64,000 nucleotides of DNA from Camelus ferus (lineage: Eukaryota), in the NCBI RefSeq assembly GCF_009834535.1, contig NC_045697.1, positions 120,344,001 to 120,408,000 on the forward strand, in the 5' to 3' direction. Positions 40,401-54,900 of this stretch are shown one piece after another. The notes below the pieces were generated by a model. It did not search any database. It was not told the DNA's origin and was given only the letters and a program-made list of their open reading frames with translations. Numbering within the stretch: position 1 is the first letter of the stretch; each line of letters opens with the position of its first letter. The position numbers were made by a program, and so were the translations under genes.

Positions 40401-43400
40401 CGGAAAATAGAATACTGGTGCTATTAGAACCCAGGCGCTGCTGATATTTGTATAATCCTCCCCACTCTCAGGATAGCAGAACACATCTTTGTGTGTTTGA
40501 TAGTGGAGAAAAATACACTCCAGGCATATTTCAGGTTGTACAGCTTTTCCCAGGATTGGAGATGTCGCCAAATTACCTCCACTGTCAATGGGGAGGCAAT
40601 CTATACTTCTTCGCTTTGCAGACCATCTCCCAAATTTCCTTACAGCCCGGCTTAAGAAAACACCTAGGGATGGCAACATTAGAGATTCTATCAGAAACCC
40701 GGCACTGCTGTGTGTTGGAGGTACAAAACAGACTCAAAATTCCGGAGCAAGAATTTGCTTGGGGTAGGTGTAGAGCCCCACACCACACAGATGCCTGGGG
40801 TCACAGATTTTCCTTGTTTATGAGAAGTCTGCTAATTACCTCTGCAGTCAATCTCTGGGCAGTCATTGCTACTTGGCTTTCCAGGCGAACCCCCAGGTTT
40901 CCCTCGCTACCCGCCCTGGTAAACACTCAGAAATAATAAGTAAATTGTTCTATTGGAACACAAGCACTGCAGACCGTTGTAGGAACCTCTGCACACGCAG
41001 GATAACAGAAAAAATTTTTTGTGTCTCATTGAGATGGTAAAAGCTCCACGCATGTTTCAGGGTGTACTGGTGTTCCTAGGTTGTGGGAGGTCAGATACAT
41101 CCCACTACAGCCCATGGGGAAATACTCCTGCTTGGCTTTCCAGCCCATACCCCAGTTCCTATGCAACCCAGCCTGAGAAAACAATCAGGAAATATAGTTA
41201 AATTTTCTATCAGGACCCCGGTGCTGCAGTCTGTTTTAGGAACTTCCACACACACAGGATTCCCAAACACGACTTTGCTTGGAAGAATTTTGAAGCCCCA
41301 ATCCACACACATGGCTGGGGGAACAAGTTTTTCCCTGTTAGGGAGAAGTCCGCTAATTAGCTCTACAGTCCATCTCGGGTACCCTCTGCTACTTGGAATT
41401 CCAGCCCAACCCCCATGTTTCCCTTGCAGCCCGGCCTGGTGTAACACAGAGGGAAAAGAAGCTATTGTTGCTATTCGAACTCATGCCAGGCTGACAATTG
41501 TGGAAACGTTCGAACACTCAGGATAACAGAACATATCTTTCTGTGTGTGATGGAGTAGGAAAACACACTCCAGGCATTTTCCTGGGGATCCAGGTTTTCC
41601 CAGGTTGGGAGATGTCGGCTAGATTCCTTCAGGGCCCATGGGGGGGCACTGTATTCTTCTTCGTTTTCAAGCCCAACTCCCAGCTTTCCCTTGCAGCCCG
41701 GACAAGTGAAACACCCATGGATGACAAATAAGTGATTCTGTCACAACCCCGGCGTTGCTGTCTGTTGGGGGAACCTCCAAACCTTCAGGATTCTGGAACA
41801 CGTCTTTGAGTGTGGGGAGTTGTGGAACCCCAATCCACGCAGATGGATGGGGTCACAGAAAAGTCCCTGTTAGGGAGAAGTCCGCTAATAACCTACACAT
41901 TGCATCTTGGGGCACTCGCTGCTTCTTAGATTTTCAGTCTATCCCCCAGTTTTCACTCGCAGCCCGGCCTTGAAAACACTCAGTGATAATAATCTAGGTT
42001 TCTATTGGAACCCAGGTGCTGCAGACAATTGTAGGAACCTCCCCACACTCAGAATAACAGAAAAATACTTTGAGTGTCTGATTTAGATGGGTAAAATAAA
42101 TCATCGCTTGTTTGAGGTTGTATAGGCGTACCTCGTTTGTGGGAATTCGGATATTTACATCCACTTTCCATGGTGAGTCCCTTGCAGTTGCTTGGATTCC
42201 ATCCCAACCCCAAGCGTTCCCTCGCATCCCGGCTTGTGAAAACACTCAGGGAAATAATGCTGCAGTTTGTATAAGAACTAAGGCGCTCCTGACAATTGTA
42301 GAAACCTCCCTACACAAAGGAAAACAGAACACATCTTTGTGTGTGTGATGGAGTAGGAAAACACAGTAAGGCATGTCTCTGGGGTGCAGGTGTTCGCAGG
42401 ATGGGAAATGTTGGTTAATTACCTCCACTGCCCGTGGGGAAGCACTCTATTCTTCTTCGATTTCCAGCCCTAAACTTAGCATTCCCTTGCAGCCCGACCG
42501 TGGAAAACACCCAGGGATGACAAACTAAATCATTCTATCGGAACCAGGGCGCTGCTGTATGTTGGAGGAACCTCCAAACACTCAGGATTAACAATCACGT
42601 CTTTGCTTGGTGCGAATTGTGAATCCCCAAAGCACACTCATTGCTGGGGCCCAAGATTTTCCCTTTTAGGGCCAATTCCGCTAATTACCTCAATAGTCCA
42701 TCTCGGGGCAACCGCTGCTAGTTGGATTTCCAGCCCAAACCCTAGATTTCCCTCACAGCCCGTCCCTGGGAAACACAAATGGAAAAGAATCTACAGGTGC
42801 TATTAGAACAAATGCTCTGCTGACAATTTTCGAAAACTTCGAACACTCATGATAACAGAGCACATTTTTCTGTGTGTGATAGAGTAGTAAAACACACTCC
42901 AGGCATTTTTCTGGGGATCCAGTTTTTCCCAGTTTGAGAGATGTTGGCTAGATTCCTTCACTGCCCTTGTGGATGCATTGACTTCTTCTTCGTTTTCAAG
43001 CCCAACTCCCAAATTTCCCTTGCATTCCGGTCTTGTATTATACCGAGGGGTGACAGTCTAAGTGATTTTATCAGAGCTACGATGCTGCTGTCTTTTTTAG
43101 GAACTTCCAAATCCTTAGGAATCTGGATCACGGCTATGCTTGTGGGTAGATTTGGAGACTCAAACCACAGAGATGTCTGGGGCCACAGGTTTTTCCCTGT
43201 TAGGGAGATGTCCGCTAAATACCTCCACAGTCCATCTCGGGTCACTCGCTGCTACATGGCTTTCCAGCGCAAGCGCAGCATTCCCTCGCAGGCCGGCCTG
43301 GGAAAACAATCAGGGATAATAAGCCAGTGGTTCTATTGGAACCCAGGTGCTGCAAAATATTGTAGGATACTCCCCACACCCAGGAAAAGAGAACACTTTT

Positions 43401-45984
43401 TGTGTGTCTCATGCAGTTTGGTAAACAAACTCCACGCGTGTTTCAGGGGGTTAAGGTGTTCTTAGTTAGTGAGAGTTCGGGTAATTACCTCCAATGCCCA
43501 TGGGGAGGCACTGGCTCCTGCTTGCCTTTCCAGCCAAACCCCCAGCTTTCCCTCTCAGCCCGGCCTGGGAAAACACTCAGGGATAATATGCTAATGGTTG
43601 TATAGGAACCCAGGAGCTACCTACAGTTGTAGGCTCCTTCCCACATCTGGGATAACAGAAGAAATATTTGTGTGTCTGTTGGAGATGGGTAAACAAACTC
43701 CACGCATGTTTCAGGGGGCACAGTTGTTCCAAGGCTGTGGGACGTCGGAAAATTACCTCAAATTCTAATGGGGTGTATCTCACTGCTGCTATGTATTACA
43801 GCCAAGCCCACAGGTTTACCTCGCATCTAGGCGTGTGAAAACACTCACGGAAAAGAAAATACTGGTGCTATTAGAACCCAGGCGCTGCTGATATTTGTAG
43901 AATCCTCCCCACACTCAGGATATCAGAACACATCTTTGTGTGTGTGATGGTGTAGAAAAATACACTCCAGTCATTTTTCTGGTTGTACAGCTGTTCCCAG
44001 GATTGGAGATGTCGCCAAATTTCCTCCACTGCCAATGGGGAGGCAATCTGTACTTCTTCGCTTCGCAGACCATCTCCCAAATTTCCCTTACAGCCCGGCC
44101 TAAGAAAACACCTAGTGATGGCAATATTAGTGATTCTATGAGAAACCCGGCGCTCCTGTCAGTTGGAGGTACAACACAGACTAAAAATTCCGGAGCAAGG
44201 ATTTGCTTTGGGGAGGTGTGGAGCCCCACACTACACAGATGCCTGGGGTCACAGATTTTCCTAGTTTATGAGAATTCTGCTAAGTAAATCTACAGTCAAT
44301 CTCTGGGCACTCATTGCTACTTGGCTTTCCAGCTGAACCCCCAGCTTTCCCTCCCAGCCCGCCCTGGAAAACACTCAGAGATTCTAAGTTAATGGTTCTA
44401 TTGGAACACAAGCTCTGCAGACCGTTGTAGGAACCTCCGCACACGCAGGATAACAGAAAATTTTTTTGTGTCTCTTTGAGATGGTAAAAGATCCACGCAT
44501 GTTTCAGGGTGTACTGGTGTTCCTAGGTTGTGGGAGGTCAGATACATCCCACTACAGCCCATGGGGAATTATTCGCTCCTGCTTGGCTTTGAAGCCATCC
44601 CCCAGTTTCCTATGCAACCCAGCCTGAGAAAACAATCAGGAAATGTAGCTAAATTTTCTATCAGAACCCCGGTGCTGCAGTCTGTTGTATGAACTTCCAC
44701 ACACACAGGATTACCAAACACTGCTTTGTTTGGTAGATTTTTGAAGCCCCAATCCACACAAATGGCTGGGGGCACAAGTATTTCCCTGTTAGGGAGAAGT
44801 CCGCTAATTAGCTCTACAATCCATCTCGGGCACCCGCTGCTCCTTGGAATTCCAGACCAACCCACATGGTTCCCTTGCAGCCAGGCCTGGGGTAACACAG
44901 AGGGAAAACAAGCTATTTGTGCTATTGGATCCCATGCCCTGCTGACAATTGTGGAAAACTTCGAACACTCTGGATAACAATACATATCTTTCTGTGTGTG
45001 ATGGAGTAGGAAAACACACTCCAGGCATTTTTCTGGGGATCCAGGTTTTCCCAGGTTGGAAGATGTCGGCTAGATTCCTTCAGTGCCCATGCGGTGGCAC
45101 TGTCTTCTTCTTCGTTTTCAAGCCAAACTCCCAGCTTTCCCATGCAGCCAAGACAAGTGAAACACCTATGGATGACAAATAAGTGATACAATCAGAACCC
45201 CGGCGTTACTGTCTCTTCGAGGAACCTCCAAAACTTCAGGATTCTGGAACAAGTCTTTGAGTGTGGGGAGTTGTGGAACCCCAATTCACGCAGAAGAATG
45301 GGGTCACAGATTTATCCCTGTTAGGGAGAAGTCTGCTAATTACCTCCACAGTGCATCTTGGGGCACTCGCTGCTTCTTAGATTGTCAGTCTATCCCCCAG
45401 TTTTCACTCACAGCCCGGGCTTGTAAAACACTCACTGATAATAAGCTAGGTTTCTATTGGAACCCAGGTGCTGCAGACAATTTTAGGACCTTCCCCACAC
45501 TGAGAATAACAGAACAATGCTTAGAGTGTCTGATTTAAATGGGTAAACTAAATCCACGCATGTTTCAGGTTGTATAGGCTTTCCTAGGTTGTGGGATTTT
45601 GGATATATACATCCAATCTCCATGGGGAGTCCTTTGTATTTTCTTGGATTCCAGCCCAACTCCCAGAGTTCCCTTGCATCCCGGCCTGTGAAAACACTCA
45701 GGGATAAAAAGCTACAGTTTCTATAAGGACTAAGGCGCTCCTGACAGTTGTAGAAACCTCCCTACAGTAAGGAAAACAGAACACAGCTTTGTGTGTGTGA
45801 TGGAGTAGGAAAACACAGTAAGGCATATATCTGGTGTGCAGGTGTTCGCAGGATGGGAAATGTTGGCTAATTACCTCCACTGCCCATGGGGAAGCACTCT
45901 ATTCTTCTTCGATATCCAGCCCTAATCCTAGCATTCCCTTGCAGCCCGACCATGGAAAACACCCAGGGATGACAAACTAAATCA
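37498..45984 (+). repeat. 32-mer HOR copy 2
   Basis: Same subtype order; length 8487 (ORF analogues 37835 vs 46322). Confidence 0.93.
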
Positions 45985-48900
45985 TTCTATCAGAACCAGG
46001 GCGCTGCTGTATGTTGGAGGAACCTCCAAACACTCAGGATTCCGGAACACGGATTTGCTTGTTGTGAATTGTGAAGCCCCACAGCACACTCATTACTGGG
46101 GCCCAAGATTTTCCCTTTTAGGGCCAAGTCCGCTAATTACCACCATAGTCTATCTCGGGGCACTCTCTGCTACTTGGATTTCCAGCCCAAACCCAAACTT
46201 TCCCTCACAGTCCGGCCTGGCAAAACACACAGGGAAAATTTATTATTTATTGTAATGGAACCCAGGCACTACCTAACATTGTAGGTACCTTCCCACAACT
46301 AGGATAAAAGAAGAAACATTTGTGTGTCTGATGGAGATGGGAAAAACAAACTCCAAGCATATATCATGGGGCTTAGTTGTTCCAAGGTTGGGGGACGTCG
46401 GAAAATTTCCTCAAATTCTCATGGGGAGTAACTCGCTGCTGCTACGAATTACAGCCAAGCCCACAGTTTTACCTCGCAGCCAGGCCTGTGAAAACACTCA
46501 CGGAAAACAAAATACTGGTGCTACTAGAACCCAGGCGATGCTGAAAGATGTAGAATCCTCCCCACACTCAGGATAGCAGAACAAATTTTTGTGTGTGTGA
46601 TGGTGTAGGAAAATACACTCCAGGCATGTTTCTGGGGGTACAGCTGTTCCCAGGTTTGGAGATGTCACCTAATTACCTCCACTTCCAATGGGGAGGCAAT
46701 CTATACTTCTTCGCTTTCCAGACCAACTCCTAGCTTACCTTTGAAGCCCGGCCTAAGAATTCACCTAGGGATGACAATATTAGTGATTCTATCAGAACTC
46801 CCGCTCTGCTGCCTGTTGGAGGTACAACACACACTCAAAATTCCGGAACATGGCTTTGCTTGGTGGAGGTGTGGAGACCAACTCCACAAGATGACTGGGG
46901 GCACATTTTCTCTCTGTTTTGGAGAAGTCCGCTAATTAACTCTACAGTAAATTTCTGGGCAATCCTTGCTACTTGGCTTTCCAGCCGAAACCCCATTTTC
47001 CCACGCAGCCCGCCCTGGAAAACACTCAGAGATTATAAGCTAGTGTTTCTATTGGAACCAAGGCACTGCAGACCGTTGTAGGAAGCTCCACACATGAAGG
47101 ATAACAGAACACCATTTTCTGTCTGATTGAGATGGTAAAAACTCCATGCATGTTTCAGGGGGTACAGGTTTTCCTAGATTGGGGGAGGTCAGATTATTCC
47201 CATTAATGCCCATGTGGAGGTAATCGCTCCTGCTTGGATTTCCATCCCATCCCCCAGTTTCCCTTGCAACCAGGTCAGAGAAAACAGTCATGAAATTTAG
47301 CTAAAATTTCTATTAGAACCCAGGCGCTGCTGACAGTTGTAGAAACCTCCCCATACACAGGGTAACAGAACACTTCTTTGTGTGTGTGATGGAGTAGGAA
47401 AACACTGTCCATGCATGTTCCCGGGGTGCAAGTGTAACCAAGTTGGGAGACGTTGGCTAAGTATCTCCGCAGCGCATGTGAAGGCACTCAGTTTTCTTCG
47501 TTTTCAAGCCCAACACCCAGCATTCCCTTGCAGCCCGGACAAGTGAAACACCCAGGGATGAAAACTAAGTGATTCTATCAGTACCACGGCGCTGCTGTCT
47601 GTTGGAGGTACCTCCACACACACAGGATTAACAAACAAGTCTTTACTTGGGGGAATTGTGAAGCCCCACTTCACACACATGGCTGGGGTCACATGTTTTT
47701 CCCTGTTAGATAGAATTCCGCTAATTACCTCTACAGACCATCGTGGGGCACTCTTTGCTACATGGAAATCCATCCCAACCCCCAGGTTTCCCTTGCAGCC
47801 CGGCCTGGGGAAACAAAAATGTAAAAGAATCTATAGGTTCTAATAGTACACAAGCGCTGCTGAAAATTATGGAAAACTTCGAACACTCATGGTAACAGAG
47901 CACATCTTTCTGTGTGTGATGCAGTAGTAAAACACAATCCAGGCATTTTTATGGGGATCCAGTTATTCCCATGTTGGGAGATGTCGGCTAGTTTCCTTCA
48001 CTGCCCATGGGGATGCATTGACTTCTTCTTCGATTTCAAGCCCAACTCCCAACTTTCCCTTGCATCCCGGTCTTGGATTATACCCAGGGATGACAGTCTA
48101 ATTGATTTTATCAGAGCTACGATTCTGCTGTCTTTTTTAGGATCTTCCACATCCTTAGGATTCTGGATCACGGCTATGCTTGCGGGTAGGTATGGAGATG
48201 CACACCACAGAGATGGCTGGGGGCACAGGTTTTTCCCTGTTAGGGAGATGTCCACTAATTACCTCCACAGTCCATCTCGGGTCACTCACTGCTACATGGA
48301 TTTCCAGCGCAAGCGCAGCATTCCTTCGAAGGCCGGCCTGGGAAAACAATCAGGGATAATAAGCCAGTGGTTCTATTGGAACCCAGGTGCTGCAGAACAT
48401 TGTAGGATACTCCCCAAACCCAGGAAAAAAGAACACTTTTTGTGTGTCTCATTCAGTTTGGTAAACAAACTCCACCTGTTTTCCAGGGGGTTAAGGTGTT
48501 CCTAGTTAATGGGATTTTGGGTAATTCCCTCCAGTGCCCATGGGGAGGCACTCGCTCCTGCTTGGCTTTCCAGCCCAACCCCCAGCTTTCCCTCTAAGCC
48601 CGGCATGGGAAATCACTCAGGGATAATATGGTATTGGTTTTATTGGAACCCAGTGCCTACCTACCGTTGTAGGCTCCTTCCCACATCTGGGATAACAGAA
48701 GAAACCTTTGTTTGTCTGATGGAGATGGGTAAACAAACTCCACGCATGTTTCAGGGGGCACAGGTGTTCCAAGGCTGTGGGACGTCGGAAAATTACCTCA
48801 AATTCTACTGGGGTGTATCTCAATGCTTCTACGAATTACAGGCAAACCCACAGATTTACCTCGCAGCTAGGCGTGTGAAAACACTCACGGAAAATAGAAT

Positions 48901-51900
48901 ACTGGTGCTATTAGAACCCAGGCGCTGCTGATATTTGTATAATCCTCCCCACTCTCAGGATAGCAGAACACATTTTTGTGTGTTTGATAGTGGAGAAAAA
49001 TACACTCCAGGCATATTTCTGGTGGTACAGATTTTCCCAGGATTGGAGATGTCGCCAAATTACCTCCACTGTCAATGGGGAGGCAATCTATACTTCTTCG
49101 CTTTGCAGACCATCTCCCAAATTTCCTTACAGCCCGGCTTAAGAAAACACCTAGGGATGACAATATTAGAGATTCTATGAGAAACCCGGCGCTGCTGTCT
49201 GTTGGAGGTACAAAACAGACTCAAAATTCCGGAGCAAGTATTTGCTTGGGGGAGGTGTAGAGCCCCACACCACACAGATGACTGGGGTCACAGATTTTCC
49301 TTGTTTATGAGAAGTCTGCTAATTACCTCTACAGTCAATCTCTGGGCAGTCATTGCTACTTGGCTTTCCAGGCGAACCCTCTGGTTTCCCTCGCAGCCCG
49401 CCCTGGTAAACACTCAGAAATAATAAGTAAATTGTTCTATTGGAACACAAGCACTGCAGACCGTTGTAGGAACCTCCGCACACGCAGGATAACAGAAAAA
49501 ATTTTTTGTGTCTCATTGAGATGGTAAAAGCTCCACGCATGTTTCAGGGTGTACTGGTGTTCCTAGGTTGTGGGAGGTCAGATACATCCCACTACAGCCC
49601 ATGGGGAAATACTCACTCCTGCTTGGCTTTCCAGCCCATACCCCAGTTCCTATGCAACCCAGCCTGAGAAAACAATCAGGAAATATAGCTAAATTTTCTA
49701 TCAGGACCCCGGTGCTGCAGTCTGTTTTAGGAACTTCCACACACACAGGATTCCCAAACACGACTTTGCTTGGAAGAATTTTGAAGCCCCAATCCACACA
49801 CATGGCTGGGGGAACAAGTTTTTCCCTGTTAGGGAGAAGTCCGCTAATTAGCTCTACAGTCCATCTCGGGCACCCTCTGCTACTTGGAATTCCAGCCCAA
49901 CCCCCATGTTTCCTTTGCAGCCCGGCCTGGTGTAACACAGAGGGAAAAGAAGCTATTGGTGCTATTCGAACCTATGCCAGGCTGACAATTGTGGAAACCT
50001 TCGAACACTCAGGATAACAGAACATATCTTTCTGTGTGTGATGGAGTAGGAAAACACACTCCAGGCATTTTCCTGGGGATCCAGGTTTTCCCAGGTTGGG
50101 AGATGTCGGCTAGATTCCTTCAGGGCCCATGGGGGGGCACTGTATTCTTCTTCGTTTTCAAGCCCAACTCCCAGCTTTCCCTTGCAGCCCGGACAAGTGA
50201 AACACCCATGGATGACAAATAAGTGATTCTGTCACAACCCCGGCGTTGCTGTCTGTTGGAGGAACCTCCAAACCTTCAGGATTCTGGAACACGTCTTTGA
50301 GTGTGGGGAGTTGTGGAACCCCAATCCACGCAGATGGATGGGGTCACAGAAATGTCCCTGTTAGGGAGAAGTCCGCTAATAACCTACACAGTGCATCTTG
50401 GGGCACTCGCTGCTTCTTAGATTTTCAGTCTATCCCCCAGTTTTCACTCGCAGCCCGGCCTTGAAAACACTCAGTGCTAATAATCTAGGTTTCTATTGGA
50501 ACCCAGGTGCTGCAGACAATTGTAGGAACCTCCCCACACTCAGAATAACAGAACAATAATTTGAGTGTCTGATTTAGAAGGGTAAAATAAATCATCGCTT
50601 GTTTGAGGTTGTATAGGCGTACCTCGGTTGTGGGAATTCGGATATTTACATCCACTTTCCATGGTGAGTCCCTTGCAGTTGCTTGGATTCCATCCCAACC
50701 CCCAGCGTTCCCTCGCATCCCGGCTTGTGAAAACACTCAGGGAAATAATGCTGCAGTTTCTATAAGAACTAAGTCGCTCCTGACATTTGTAGAAACCTCC
50801 CTACACAAAGGAAAACAGAACACATCTTTGTGTATGTAATGGAGTAGGAAAACACAGTAAGGCATGTCTCTGGGGTGCAGGTGTTCGCAGGATGGGAAAT
50901 GTTGGTTAATTACCTCCACTGCCCGTGGGGAAGCACTCTATTCTTCTTCGATTTCCAGCCCTAATCCTAGCATTCCCTTGCAGCCCGACCGTGGAAAACA
51001 CCCAGGGATGACAAACTAAATCATTCTATCAGAACCAGGGCGCTGCTGTATGTTGGAGGAATATCCAAACACTCAGGATTAACAATCACGTCTTTGCTTG
51101 GTGCGAATTGTGAATCCCCAAAGCACACTCATTGCTGGGGCCCAAGATTTTCCCTTTTAGGGCCAATTCTGCTAATTACCTCAATAGTCCATCTCGGGGC
51201 AACCGCTGCTAGTTGGATTTCCGGCCCAAACACTTGATTTCCCTCACAGCCCGTCCCTGGGAAAAACAAATGGAAAAGAATCTACTGGTGCTATTAGAAC
51301 AAATGCTCTGCTGACAATTTTTGAAAACTTCGAACACTCATGATAACAGGGCACATTTTTCTGTTTGTGATAGTGTAGTAAAACACACTCCAGGCTTTTT
51401 TTTGGGATCCAGTTTTTCCCAGTTTGTGAGATGTTGGCTAGATAACTTCACTGCCCTTCTGGATGCATTGACTTCTTCTTCGTTTTCAAGCCTAACTCCC
51501 AAATTTCCCTTGCATTCCGGTCTTGTATTATACCGAGGGGTGACAGTCTAAGTGATTTTATCAGAGCTACGATGATGCTGTCTTTTTTAGGAACTTCCAA
51601 ATCCTTAGGAATCTGGATCACGGCTATGTTTGTGGGTAGATTTGGAGACTCAAACCACAGAGATGGCTGGGGGCACAGGTTTTTCCCTGCTAGGGATATG
51701 TCCGTAAATTACCTCCACATTCCATCTCGGGTCACTCGCTGCTACATTGCTTTCCAGCGCAAGCGCAGCATTCCCTCGCAGGCCGGCCTGGGAAAACAAT
51801 CAGGGATAATAAGCCAGTGGTTCTATTGGAACCCAGGTGCTGCAGAATATTGTAGGATACTCCCCACACCCAGGAAAAGGGAACACTTTTTGTGTGTCTC

Positions 51901-54900
51901 ATGCAGTTTGGTAAACAAACTCCACGCGTGTTTCAGGGGGTTAAGGTGTTCTTAGTGGGAGTTCGGGTAATTACCTCCAATGCCCATGGGGCGGCACTCG
52001 CTCCTGCTTGCTTTTCCAGCCAAACCCCCAGCTTTCCCTCTCAGCCCAGCCTGGGAAAATACTCAGGGATAATATGCTAATGGTTGTATAGGAACCCAGG
52101 AGCTACCTACAGTTGTAGGCTCCTTCCCACATCTGGGATAACAGAAGAAATATTTGTGTGTCTGATGGAGAAGTGTAAACAAACTCCACGCATGTTTCAG
52201 GGGGCACAGTTGTTCCAAGGCTGTGGGACGTCGGAAAATTACCTCAAATTCTAATGGGGTGTATCTCACCGCTGCTATGTATTACAGCCAAGCCCACAGG
52301 TTTACCTCGCAGCTAGGCGTGTGAAAACACTCACGGATAAGAAAATACTGGAGCTATTACAACCCAGGCGCTGCTGATATTTGTAGAATCCTCCCCACAC
52401 TCAGGATATCAGAACACAACTTTGTGTGTGTGATGGTGTAGAAAAATAAACTCCAGTCATTTTCCTGGTGGTACAGCTGTTCCCAGGTTTGGAGATGTCG
52501 CCAAATTACCTCCACTGCCAATGGGGAGGCAATCTATATTTCTTCGCTTCGCAGACCATCTCCCAAATTTCCCTTACAGCCCGGCCTAAGAAAACACCTA
52601 GTGATGGCAATATTAGTGATTCTATGAGAAACCCGGCGCTCCTGTCTGTTGGAGGTACAAAAAAGACTAAAAATTCCGGAGCAAGGATTTGCTTTGGGGA
52701 GGTGTGGAACCCCACACCACACAGATGCCTGGGGTCACAGATATTCCTTGTTTATGAGAATTCTGCTAATTAACTCTACAGTCAATCTCTGGGCACTCGT
52801 TGCTACTTGGCTTTCCAGCCGAACCCCCAGCTTTCCCTCGCAGCCCGCCCTGGAAAACACTCAGAGATTCTAAGTTAATTTTCTATTGGAACACAAGCAC
52901 TGCAGACTGTTGTATGAACCTCCGCACACGCAGGATAACAGAAAAATTTTTTGTGTCTCTTTGAGATGGTAAAAGCTCCACGCATGTTTCAGGGTGTACT
53001 GGTTTTCCAAGGTTGTGGGAGGACAGATACATCCCACTACAGCCCATGGGGAAGTATTCGCTCCTGCTTGGCTTTGCAGCCCATCCCCCAGTTTCCAATG
53101 GATCCCAGCCTGAGAAAACAATCAGGAAATGTAGCTAAAGTTTCTATCAGTACCTCGGTGCTGCAGTCTGTTGTAGGAACTTCCACACACACAGGATTAC
53201 CAAACACTGCTTTGCTTGGTAGAGTTTTGAAACTCCAATCCACACACATGGCTGGGGGCACAAGTATTTCCCTGTTAGGGAGAAGTCCGCTAATTAGCTC
53301 TACAGTCCATCTCGGGCACCCGCTGCTCCTTGGAAATCCAGACCAACCCACAAAGTTCCCTTGCAGCCCGGCCTGGGGTAACACAGAGGGAAAACAAGCT
53401 ATTTGTGCTATTGGAACCAATGCCCTGCTGACAATTGGGGAAACCTTCGAACACTCATGATAACAGAGCACATCTTTCTGTGTGTGATGGAGTAGTTAAA
53501 CACACACCAGGCATTTTTCTGGGTATCCAGGTTTTCCCAGGTTGGGAGATGTCGACTAGATTCCTTCAATGCCCATGTAGATGCATTGAATTCTTCTTCG
53601 TTTTCAAGCCCAACTCCCAAATTTCCCTTGAATCCCGGTCTTGGATTATACCGAAGGATGACAGTCTAAGTGATTTTATCAGATCTACGGTGCTGCTGTA
53701 TTTTGTAGGAAATTCCATACACATAGGATACTGGATCACGGCTTGGTTTGCGGGTAGCTTCGGAGTCCCACACCACATAGATGGCTGGGGGCACAGGTTT
53801 TTCCCTGTTAGGGAGATGTCCGCTAATTACCTCCACAGTCCATCTCGGGTCACTCGCTGCTACATAGCTTTCCAGCGCAATCGCAGCATTCCCTCGCAGG
53901 CCGGCCTGGGAAAAAAATCAGGGAAAATAAGCCAGTGGTTCTATTGGAACCCAGGTGCTGCAGAACATTGTAGGACACTCCCCACAACCAGGAAAAGAGA
54001 ACACTTCTTTGTGTGTCTCATGCAGTTTGGTAAACAAACTCCACGCATGTTTCAGGGGGTTAAGGTGTTCCTAGTTAGTGGGATTTCGGGTAATTACCTC
54101 CAATGCCCATGGGGAGGCACTCGCTCCTGCTTGTCTTTCCAGCCAAACCCCCAGTTTTCCCTCTCAGCCCGGCTTGGGAAAACACTCAGGGATAATATGC
54201 TATTGGTTGTATTGGAACACAGGCGCTACCTACAGTTGTAGGCTCCTTCCCACATCTGGGATAACAGAAGAAATCTTTGTGTGTCTGATGGAGATGGGTA
54301 AACAAACTCCACGCATGTTTCAGGGGGCACAGGTGTTCCAAGGCTGTGGGAGGTCGGAAAATTACCTCAAATTCTAATGGGGTGTATCTCACTGCTGCTA
54401 CATATTACAGCCAAGCCCACAGGTTTACTTCGCAGCTAGGCATGTGAAAACACTCACGGAAAAGAATAGACTGCTGCTATTAGAACCCAGGCGCTGCTGA
54501 TATTTGTAGAATCCTCCCCACACTCAGGATATCAGAACACATCTTTGTGTGTGTGATGGTGTAGAAAAATACACTCCAGTCATTTTCCTGGTGGCACAGC
54601 TGTTCCCAGGTTTGGAGATGTCGCCAAAATACCTCCACTGCCAATGGGGAGGCAATCTATACTTCTTCGCTTTGCAGACAATCTCCCAAATTTCCCTTAC
54701 AGTCCGGCCTAAGAAAACACCTAGTGATGGCAATATTAGTGATTCTATGAGAAACACGGTGCTGCTGTCTGTTGGAAGTACAACACAGACTCAAAACTCC
54801 GGAGCAAGGATTTGCTTGGGGGAGGTGTGGAGCCCCACACCACACAGATGACTGTGGTCACAGATATTCCTTGATTATTACAAGTCTGCTAATTAACTCT

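Noticed and set aside
53435..54241. Longest ORFs (268 aa here, 253 aa at 61970, about 200 aa at 30891, 39381 and 47912) as protein-coding genes
   Set aside because: They are translations of satellite monomers with no recognisable domain. Homologous copies have stops and frameshifts at varying places, and similar ORFs overlap in several frames on both strands.
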